DNA from: Perna viridis | Lineage: Eukaryota | Reading direction: 5' to 3' | DNA length: 64,000 nt | NCBI GenBank assembly: GCA_037379345.1 | Contig: CM074521.1 | Coordinates: 34,496,704 to 34,560,703 of the forward strand | Part shown: positions 28,701 to 40,700 of the stretch, piece after piece | Position numbering within the stretch: position 1 is the stretch's first letter | How the letters are laid out: every line of letters starts with the position of its first letter | The notes under the pieces: model-generated | What the model was told of the DNA's origin: nothing | The model's database searches: none | The model's input: the letters and a program-made list of their open reading frames with translations, nothing else | Position numbers and translations under genes: made by a program

Positions 28701-31700
28701 TCCTGATTAGAATCATGCAAATGTGTTTCATGGTTGGAAAACCTACATATCTTTATTTTTAATTTTGATATTTTGTTATAAATGCTATAGTAAACAAAAA
28801 CTACATGTGGTTTTTCACATAACACTTATTTTTAGGAGATAAAAATTATATGCACTACAGAATTTAAAATTAAGGTAAATAACTCTGTAAATTTACACTA
28901 AAATACAATTGAAACATACATTTCATCATAAAGACCTATAAAGCAACTTAATAACAAAAATTAAAATGTGCAGCCTTTTTTTAGGGTGTATCACATTTTA
29001 CAGAGCTTGCATTGTTCATACAAAGACTGCTACTTAACAGAATTCAGTGATTCTGTGTTTTACATTTCTTTGACACTTAAATCGTTACTATTACCTGTCT
29101 TCTATAACACATATACGTTTAGTATTGTTTCAACAGACTTACGAAATTTCGTTGTATTAAATGGAGAATTGGATATTTGAAACGACAAAATAATGCCCAG
29201 CAGGTTGTTACAGTAATTATCATTGCTACCTAAGGCATGTTAATGATTGATTGATTTTTGAGGTTTAACGCCAAGGCAGCAATATTACAGCTATATTCAG
29301 GTGATGAACATGAAAAGGATGATAAAATGAACATGAAATGATGATGGTGAAATGAATAAAGGGATGGGGCACAAGGACAATAGGTTCGACAAATTTTGAT
29401 TGCCACAAGAAAAATTGGGGGATGGGTAGGGTCGGGCAATTTAGTCTCCTGTGACGGAGCGCAAAGGTTCCTACTCCTATCGAATACCACAAAAGGGTTC
29501 TTTGACGTGCGAGGGACGTGGCATCTTTCCCAACACGATGTACCACTATGGTTTGCTGTCAGGTTTTCCGTATTATAGCCTGACAACCCCAGCATGTAAC
29601 ACGTCAATTATACCCTATTCCACCACCTGGGGCCCACATCCCAGCTGCTCTGTGGGCAGAGCGCCTAGCCCCGGCTAGATTTCTGAGCACTATTTAGTCG
29701 CCTTTTACGACAAGCTTAGCGCTGCTGCAGCCCTATTTTTTGACACCCGGACCTGCACAGGGCCCTTAGGCATGTTAAGTTTTCTATCATACTTAAGGTT
29801 TTAATTTGGACAATCCTTTGAAAATGAAAAATGGGTTTCTACTAAAACTGAAGTTTAAAAGAGTAATCAAGGGAACCAAGGTTATAGCGGTTATCAAACG
29901 AATGTAATCCAGGGACAAAAACCAGACATGGAAATCAGACATACACAACAGATAGCATAAAGTAACTAATATCATACATATAAAATAACAAAGGTAAATG
30001 AGCCACTCGGACTAAAAACTGGGAGCATGGACCAGATGCACCGGAAGGGTAAGCGTCCTTAAAAAGAGGACATAAATAACCGATAATATGAAATGAAAAT
30101 TAATGCAATGGCTTCATGATGAACATATCTACGCCAAAATGATGACAAAGAAAGTAAGATAAATGGTATTTATCTCTCAAACATATAGGAATTGATTTAA
30201 AACTCGACTATTTCTGCCTAAGCGCTTTTATACGTACTAAAAATCGAATTAAACCATTGTTTTTTTCTTATGCTTAACGGTTACATAAACTTAATAATAC
30301 ATAAGAATGAATTGATAAAGTGTCACAATAATGTTCTGATTGATTTAAATCCATTTGTCTTATGTAATCTTGTAGTAAGAGTATATACGAAGAACAAGTT
30401 CTTTAAAAATGATTTATATTTTTGAATTGTTAATAGAGCGTACAAACAATCTCGGTATCTTTTTTTCTTCTTTTTTTTAATGTATATTTATGCTGATAAA
30501 TGTTCATTATACCCTGCAATTGGCTACTCTGTAGCGGTCATTATACAATGTATTTAGTCGCATTTCGCAATTGAATTATTTCGTTTTTTTAATAATATCA
30601 TACTAGAACATTACGATACACATTCAAACTAAACATCAGTACAAGACAGTTTGTTCTAACTGATACCAAAAGCACTGTAGAAACTAGAAGTCTAGTATGT
30701 GTGAGACTATAATATCATTATAAGGTTAAAGACAAAATGGATTAAGTTTATGATAAACTTTTAAGAAACAAATGGCAGTAACTACAGTGCCAATTACTTA
30801 TTCAAGCGAACGATTTCAATCAAACCTCCCGACGCGTTTTTGCAGGATGTAATTCCAAAATTATACAAGTGTACAAATGTTTGTGATAACGTCCAGATAT
30901 TGAGCGTCCGAATGCAAATAGCGGGAAAATTAATAATAAAGTGCCGTTACTGTTGATGGCTTTTTTGATTAACAACATGCGGTAATATTACTATAAACTG
31001 TATTTACAGCTTTTATCAACTAATGGGAATTTGATATCCAAGGAAATACAGTCCTTGTATTAGGTTTTCCCTTACATTTCTGAGAACACTGTTAAATTAT
31101 TGAATTTAAAAATGGTTAAATTTGTGTATGAAAAGTCAATTCGTATGCTGCTTGACCACTGAAATCATGGGTTATTTCCCCGTAATCAGTAGCTGAAACA
31201 ATAAATGTTTTTGACGTTCGTTAATTGTGACGTTAACGAATCTAGGGTCTTTTTCACCAAAAGTCGAAGGTGTGGACATTGTCGTGAGCTATGACATCAT
31301 AATATAGTTCAAAATATATGACGTCATAACTTGCGGCTTATTTTACAAGTACGATGTTTTTTTAAAAGAACTCATGAACTTTTACAATTTGTCGAATGTA
31401 GAATGAATATGTTACAGTGTCATTTGCGTAAAGTGGTCGTTAAACCCTCAAAATACTTTTCAGCTCGTCACTTCGATTTATACAATTCAAGTATTGAAAA
31501 TAGATGTAGTGGGCCAAAAGCGATTTGAATATTTAAGTCGTTATACAGACGCTTATCAGTAAAATATCATAGTTTTTTTCTGTGCCAATCATGTTGATAT
31601 ATTGGATGAGGGAACAAATTATACCAGTTGAGTGGACTTGTGTTTACTTAATATTTGATATCTTCCATACAGACAAATCATCCTTGGCCAATCATTTTTG

Positions 31701-34700
31701 TTCAATTAAAATGACGAAGATTCCCAACTGACAGAAATATATTATTACAAAATGTCAAAATCCCTTTTCAAAAAAGCACTGTATGATTAAATACTAAGCG
31801 TTTACAATGTCGACAATGACATTGTTGAAATACATGACTAAATGACAACTGGTATCCTCCTTCCAAGCAATCTCATTTGAAAAATATTATTGTTTTTTAC
31901 ACTAGAAAGCATAACAAACCTTTTAAATGGTATGTATTAACACGTTTACTATTAGTGACATCTCCCTGTATATTATATAAACCTCTGAGGTCAAGTCCTA
32001 ACTGTTTAATTCCGCTGCTAAATTTAGATATTTTTCCTTCATTGAAGGTTTCCATTCAATATGGTCTTGCATTCTTTCACTAGTCAAATTGTTTGGAAAT
32101 TTTGTTATTCGACTTAAAACTCGGAACAATGTCGATATAAAAAATTCTGTTTTATATGATCGAATCAAATAAACTGTTAACAGGATCATATTCACACCAA
32201 CTTTTATTTTTCGTGGGATCTGTGAAAAAATCTACTTTTGAACTGTTTAAAATTTACGATTATTACTCAATTCATTATACTACCGCACAAATAGCGAGAA
32301 AAAGCCACGGTTTTTCATGCCTATTTTGTATTTTTTTAATAAAATCTATCCATGTGGGAGTCAATTAGGATAAAAGTGTTGAATGCCTATCAACAACTGT
32401 GGTTGAATCATGAGATTAATTTTTCAGGAGGTCAAATACTTCAGAGCTTAATTATCCAAATCTAAAGCCTAAAAAAAACATGTAATTTGATTTTCCTTAG
32501 AAAGTTCATTACAAATAAATTTCGTTGTTGACTTAAGATCAGTTATCAATTTATCCCAGTCTTAATTTTCCAGATTAAATTCGAATAGAAGAATGAGTTG
32601 CAATCAAATTGACTAGTGATTTTATTAGCTTAGACTTCCTGTAATATAATTTTGTATTGATTGTGTATGTAGGATGATGAGAGCTCTCTTCATTGTGACA
32701 AGTAGTTGGTTGATGTAAAACTTCTACTATTAGCCTATGTCAAGTACTGAGTTAAGATTGACGGGAAATCTCCTTCTCGGTTATGGTAGTGTTAATGACA
32801 GTGTTATATAGAACTTTTCATATAAATGTTTTGCTTCAAATCTGGTACTACGGAAAGAGTACCAATAACCCCATTTGAAGTTAAGGTTTAAATCTATATT
32901 TACCAAAATGTTTTTTGTTTAATATCGACCAAAATGTGGTGCTAAAATAAATGAAGAAGTCAAATCTAAATTTTAAGTGTTAATTTGTTCTCAGCTCAAA
33001 AAGAAAACCTTGCTAAAATCCATAATTAGTTATATTGTCAACACCTCGTATATTCCAATCATGTACTATCAAATATCCAAGCAACAAGTTCCTAGCTTAC
33101 ATGCTATTTCTTTAATCAGACTAGATTGAAATTCTGCATGATTTGACCCTTAATTGAAATGTCATGTATTTGGAATAGTATTATTCAAATTAAATAAGGT
33201 GAATTTTATTGACGCAATCAGCTGAACCAACGGAGTGCCTCTGACATTTTCAACCTATTCAACTAGTATTTGTTTTCTGAAAATTACAAGTAACACGACC
33301 TCACGCGTACATGCTTTTTTGCTATTGTGAAATGTACTCTGGTATAGGTATATATGGTTAATTTTTACTTCCCCTTTGCTCAGCAATTGTTGTCGAAATG
33401 TAAAGTTTGGATGAGAAAGTATTGCAGTGTGCGTTTTCATGCCCAAGCGTAATATTTGAAATTCATATTAATATCTTGCGTTTCGATCGATTTTTTAAGA
33501 TTATTTCATTTATTCTGATCGAACTTTAACTAATAGGAACTAAAATAAAAACTCCGATTCAACTATCTAAGCTAGGAAACTATTAAACAATTTAGAATCA
33601 TTGAAAGCCAATTATACATAAACCATTTTCATTCCACTGAAACAGTTTCATAAAGATCGAATGTTTTAGCAATGTAATGTCATCGTATACATGTAAATTC
33701 AAACAACAAATTTCAAAATGAGTGTTGACCTATTTTGAAAATTTGCGTAAAGTTCAAGATGAATATCGGAAACTAATCTTTTAGGACAGCGTATGAGACG
33801 TATTTTCTTATAATCTTGGTCCAAACGTCTGTCTGGAAACAAACGTGGTGTCCTGAGATTTCAGAATTGTTGTTACTAGCTCTGACGTAATGTAATGCAT
33901 TTGTAAACAAATATTGAGGAAAAACGTCTGTTATATCTACTCTGTTTTCAGGCTATAGAATTCATGGGTCAAAAAGTAAATTAAAAAAGGTGAAAGATTT
34001 CAAAATTTCATGTAATTGTCATACAATTTTATGTAAAAAAAAGTGTTAAATATTTAGGTCTATGTATTGAACAATTCACATCTGGAAAGTTAATTGTAAA
34101 TAACATAGTATAGTTAATGCAACTGAGTTTCTTATACAGATACAAAAATGTTGATCAGAAAAATCGATAAACATTTCATGTATGGCCTTAATACAGTGTC
34201 ATCTCGACTACTTATATTCATTTTGTTTTCTGGTTTAAACAAAGCATTGAGAAATAATCTTCAAGTAGGACAAAATAAGACAATACTTTTTATAATAAAA
34301 AACTTAGACTTCGGATCAAGTATAAAATATCCTTTGTTTCAAGAGATAAGTTTTTTAAATGTTGAAATTAGTGTATGGCAATTGCGACTTAACCATATTC
34401 TCAAAACTGTGTTGTTCAATAAATGTCCATCGTATATGAAAAATAGTTTTGTTAAACTTAGAGATAGTCTCTCTTATAACACAAGTTCCAGTCAGCACAA
34501 CTTTTTGTACCACCTGTTCAGGACATGGCAGCAAATACATTGTACTACATTTCTGTGAAAGATTGGAATAATTTGCCCAATAAACTGAAAACATTGCAAA
34601 TCATGATGCTTTTAACAAAGGGATAAATGATTATATCTTTGAAAATTTAAAGTTTGAACATCGATGTGATTTATAAACTGGTATTTACTTTATGAATAAT

Positions 34701-37700
34701 TTTCTTGATGTGCAATTCGCCTACCTTGTTGAATTTATAATATGGTATACATGTACTTGAGTTTATTGTAGTAAGTGTTTTTTGTTTGTTTGTATTATTT
34801 TGTATTATCATATGTTGATTACTACTTGTGAAATAAGCTATTTATCTGTCCCTGATATAATATCATTATGATATACTCGTGGATCGTAATGATGTATCCA
34901 TCTGCACCATGAAAACTGATTTATTCAACGGGTCATAGTTTTCCTCGTTTGTCTACCCCGGGCTCGACTTTTTATGAGCAACACGGCGGTTGTTTCTAGA
35001 ACAGCAGAGGACGCTTACCCTACCGGTGCACCTGGTCCATGCTCCCAGTGTTTAGTCGAGTCTGAGTTGCTCATTTGCTTTTGTTACTTTGTATGTATGA
35101 TTTTAGTTACTTTATGTTCTTTGTTGTGTATGTTTGTTTTCCATGTCTGGTCTTTGTCCCTGGATTACATTCTTTTGATTATCGCTATAACCTTGGTTCC
35201 CTTGATTACTCATACATATATATACAAATGTTAGTAATAAACGAACATGAAGTCATATTCCCAGTTCATTTTATGTGTTATGTCTTGTTATTTGTCCTAT
35301 CTAATTGTAATTATTTATACGTGTCTTATAGGATATTATTATTTTTAAATCAATATCTTCAAATCTTTTTGGGATGTTTTGTTGTTTAATTCTGTAATGA
35401 ATACACATCCGTCAAAGAACCTTATCATATTTTTCTCTCTTTAATACAATGTATTAGTTAGTTCGATTTTTAGTGCACAAAACACCTGCATCGTGATACA
35501 AATATTTTCATATGTTTAATGTCACTTGTATCAGAATTACACAGATCCCTTACCCTACTGGTGCATCCAGTACTTTTCTTTTATTTATTGAGTCCGGATT
35601 GCTCAATTGCCGTTGTTTTTTACAAGTTATGTTTTGTTATTTTATGTATTTTATAGTGTATATATATTTTTCCTGTCAAGTCGTTGTCCTTGGAGTGTGT
35701 CTTTATTACCGTTCGAGTTCTGGTTCTCCTGGTTTTCACTTGAACTCTTTTTTTCATTGTGCATACCCGTCCTCAGGCAATATTGCATATTTCTTTCTTT
35801 AAAGAATATGTACTTCAAATAATGATACCGTAGTCCTGTTATCGGATTAGTACAGAATTCGTTCTGATAATTAAAATTTTGTCTGTTTGAGGTATTTACC
35901 TTAAATCAGTAGATTAGCAATTCATTTTTAGAAAATTAATCGGATATTTAATATCCAATCTGAAAGGCGTCAAAATCAGAGATTAAATCACATTGGCGAG
36001 AAACAGTAATAAAATCGGTCGTATTCGATACCAAACAATGGCAAGTGATGTTTAAAATATTAACTGACCTTATTCAAAATTAGTGTTTCTCTACTAGGCT
36101 AACAATTCCTAAATACAGTAACACATATACACGGCTCTCATATTTCAAATTGTACATGCTTGTAAGTTTGATGAATATTCAACACGTTATTTTTAAAACA
36201 AACTATCAATGGATGATGTGACTTGCTTGTTACATTGATATTCAACAGATAGAAGGTGCTTCAACTAATATCATAGTCTTACAGGACTTGACTCGCGTGG
36301 TTATTTACCGACAACATACATTTAACGACGTACTGACAGTAAGAACACCGGTTAAAATGAAATGTGCAAATTCCCTTAAATAAGGATAACACTTCCTGTG
36401 TGGACACACACAATTGCATTTTATAGTATTAATTTACATGAGTTCAGTCCGGAGATGTTGGTCATTAATTAGTCTTCTCCTTCTTGTTTAAGTATAGTTC
36501 ACCATATATGTTCCTTTTAGATTCGACGCCTTACAAGATTGATTACCAACCGACCCTTATACCTTCCAGCCGAAATTCCTTTGACACAAGTCAAACGAGC
36601 TAAGTCATAGAATTCACTACGGTCCAAATCTTGTATTTAAATTTAAATGTCCATTTCTGTAGGGGTAAGATTTATTTTATCATCTACCGGGAGTGGATGT
36701 GATAAGTAATTATATTTTATTTTGAGTTTTAGTCCATACCTAATTAAATAAAATGCACTTGAAAATATGTCCTTATATTCGGCAAATATCGATACCAAGA
36801 CACCTGAATGACCAACATTAATATATTTAGGCGAAATCATTCATTTCGAACTTGGTATTATGCTGCAAGTGCAGCAGACAACTTGGAAATAGTAGACAAG
36901 CATCGGTAATCAACATAATTAGATAAAGGCAACGATAAAGCATCCAAAACATGCTTCATTCATAAATTGTTTGTAGAACATTTTGAATTTGATCTTGCCC
37001 TTGATATCATAAAGCAATAAATCGTGCATTAGTAAACCTCACAGGGCCAAAACTGTACTAGAATTTCCTCGGAAATAAGATGTACACAAAAATGAGCTCA
37101 GTAGAAAATTACATGTCTGGGTTACATTATTTTGATTTCCGCTGCTCTTGTATCAACATAGTAAATAAAACAAGTACCATCTTTAAAAAAGATAACCGAC
37201 GCAGTAGAATTTTGTTCTTTTACTAATACTTTTCTATATTTCATTCAAGAAAATAACACATGGCAAACAATGTCGATACATGTTTTTGGAACGCCACTAA
37301 GTTATCAGTATTTGGCCGATCGGGAAACAGAATTGCGATCAGGTGCCTTGGGTTTCCATAGAAGAGCGTCTTTAAGGTCAAAGGGTAAAAAGTGAAACTA
37401 TACCGACTGCGTCGGAAAAACAAAAAGTACTGCATCTGTAGTTAAACGCTCGTTCTTACACTTAAATATTGATTAAAGGTCTTAAGTTAACAAAGATAAC
37501 GGTCTCTGTTGTGAAGGTAATCATACTTTTTATTACATTTTAGAATGTTTCATATCGAGTAAGAATCCATTACCATGAACCTCAGTTTCGTCCCCATGTG
37601 AATTAACCATACACACAAAAGAAGATTTAACATGTTTGCATCATATCATATATTCAATAAGGCAAAGGTTATTTGATAAACAATGTCGATTTGAGGACAA

Positions 37701-40700
37701 TTGTACCTCAAAACATTATTAATAATTAAATAATTAAGGAGTAATCAAGGGAACCAAGGTTATAGCGGTAATCAAAAGAATGTAATCCAGGGACAAAGAC
37801 CAGACAAGGAAAACAGACACACACAACAAAGAACATAAAGTAACTCAAAATCATACATACAAAGTAACAAAAGTAAATAATTAGAACTAGTATTAGTATC
37901 ATACTAACAGAGATCCTAAGCATTCTCCACGCTCATACAGAAAAACATATTTTAAACACCAACCTTAACTTCTTATAAACGGTACTGTGTATCGTTAGAT
38001 ATCTTATTTCGAAATACAAACATCGATATTAGAAAATAAAAACACGTAAAGTACGAAGTCTAAACTAAAATGAAAGCAAAAAGAACAAGGGGAAATAAGA
38101 ATAGAAAATGATGTCCACTTTACATGTATCATATTGGTATGTTTAAAGTCTACATTTTGGGGTAAATTGCTTTTATAAATATTTTTTCTTTTACCAATTC
38201 TAAGTAAATTGAAAGATATAAAGATAAACTGTAAAAAAAAAATACTAGACGACCACATTACATATTCCACTAGGTACCGCGCAATTTCATGTGGCAATGT
38301 GCAAATATATAGCTAAAATGTAAGTGATAATTCAATGTATATTACGGGCAAGTTACAACAGATTCTTCTTGAATGGAGTTTGAATTACCTACTCGCCATA
38401 CACTATTTTTGTTTGCACCGAAATTCACGACGGGGTATATGCCAAATGAAAAAAGACGATTATTTCGAGATAGAGACTAAAGGAGATGTGAAGAGAAGGA
38501 GATCAACATGTTGCATGTTAAAGAGTTATATTAGAACACAATGACCCCGAGTAGATATATATCAGAATTAATAATATTTAAGTGATGTTCAAACACCCAG
38601 AGTTTAATTTGTTGTTTAAAGAGTTACTTCTGCTGATTTGGTCTTTTTAATTTTTTTTTAATTTTATTTATTTATTTATTTATTTAGGCTTCTCCTATTT
38701 CCGTGTTTCCATTTTGTCTTAATAAGTAAGTACTAAAAGCCATGATATGCCTTGTACGTTTGATGCCAGAGCAGAATTTCGTTTTCCGGCCCTAAAACAA
38801 GATGTATATTCGACGTTTCAAACAAAGAATGCTTTCACAACTTAAATATCATTTTATTCAAGATCTATCGGTCTTTGTTTGTGTTAATGATATTGTTTGA
38901 CTAATTAAACAAAGGAAGAGCGAGTACTATTTATGTAGTTACTCCGAAAAACTAATGGTTGAAATTGCTTGAATTTATGTCGTGTGACGTATTTAGGAAT
39001 TGGTTCTTTAAACTTATAACACAAATGCATTCGTATGTTATAGGAAATTTCGCATTTGTGTTAATAATATTGTTCGACTATTTAAATGATAGCGACATTT
39101 TCTGTGTGTGGGACTGGGGGTGGGGGGTAAACTATATTATATACAATTGTACTCTCATTTAGTTAATGTATGTATTATTTTTGCTAATAATTCTCATCTT
39201 ACATATGGGCTTTGTTTTAACTTTCTTTTCAAACCATACGTTTCATCAAAACGGATAACTCACTTTTATCCATTTTTTTTTCATTTTGGCAGGTATATTT
39301 ATCTTTTAAAGTGTAGACGACGTCTTCTATGCTTTCCTTTAACATTTATTTACACTCCGTGGGGTTTAAAACTTAATTTTTCATTAAAGAAAATCGATGC
39401 TGTGTTTCAGTTCCTGGCGTTTGATTACTACATTCGTCAATAAAAGTTCATTATATAATTTGTTTAATGAGAACACTAATTCAACAGTAAAAAAAATCAA
39501 TTTTTTCACTTAAGGAAATAGTCATTTTTTGAAAGCGTTTCTTTTTTCAACTGCATGAAAATACTCAAAAAGGTTGCACGTGCCATTTTTAAGAACCGGT
39601 TTCTTCCAAATGTCATAGTTTTCCCTTTCTTTTTGTCAAACCTTGACTTGACTTTTTATAAGCAACTCGGCTTGTATTTCTAAAAACAAAATCACAAGAC
39701 GCTTACCCTACTGGTGCAGCTGGTCCATTCTTGGTTCCCTTGATAACTCTTTAAGAAGGGATACCAGAGAACACAAAACCATACAATAACATACAGGTTT
39801 GTGAAAATGAAAAAGTATAGTAAAGTATATAACCTATAAAGAGTATCAGCTTTACTGATCACACTGAGAAACATTTCTCGTCAACGTGATTGCTGTGAAA
39901 TGTTCTGATAAAACCATCTATTCCAACGCATTTGATCTCTCCCACGAGCTGTCTGAAATTATATGACAATGTTGATATACTCTCTCCAATCTTTATCAAG
40001 CATTGAAACAATGCTTTCGTAGACTCTAGAGAAAAATTGTTACCATTGTCGAGATAAGGTCTGGTGCTATTGTGAACGAGTTTATTTTTAGAGTCCTAGT
40101 ATCGCTTTTTAAATGGTAGGAACAATGGATTAATCTAGTTTTGGGAACCCTCATATAGTTGAAAGAATAATCAAGGGAACCAAGGTTATAGTGGTAATCA
40201 AAAGAATGTAATCCAGGGACAAAGACCAGACATGGAAAACAGACATACACAACAAAGAACATAAAGTAACTAAAATATTACATAAAAGTAACACTAAAAA
40301 CTGGGAGCATGGACCAGATGCACCGGTAGGGTAAGCGTCCTCTGTTTTTCTAGAAACACCCGCCGAGTTGCTCATAAAAATGGAAAACCAAATAAATTAT
40401 ACCAACCACACACTCCACTCACCCTCCAAACTAAATGATAATATCTACAACTTACTAAATTGTATTAACGTTTTCTTTATGACGTTGAACGATACCGATA
40501 TTCATCTATATATGGACGACATATTTAATAAGTTGAAGCAAATAAAAACGGAAAACGAAAAAAAAAAAAACAGAAACCGAATGACAAGTGTGCTAGGAAA
40601 ATGTATTATGGACTATACGGCAGGTGCACTGGTACCTTATGCCACCCGTTTATGCCGCGTCGTTTATTTACCGTCTTCCAATAGCTAAAGTGACTGGATA

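Noticed and set aside
29686-29712. Resemblance of GUCG-loop-CGAC-UAAAUAG to pistol ribozyme P1
   Set aside because: No downstream complement to the loop for the required pseudoknot; kept only as an unclassified structured head.
34974-35030. Possible SECIS element in the Penelope-like 3' UTR
   Set aside because: ATGA is present but there is no AA at the expected spacing, and the ATGA is used in a Watson-Crick stem.
34974-35389. Recurrent small ORFs (TGAPGPCSQ..., also at 7554, 29793, 37726 and 40151) that look like a small-protein family
   Set aside because: They are translations of the retroelement 3' UTR; frames and stops differ between copies.
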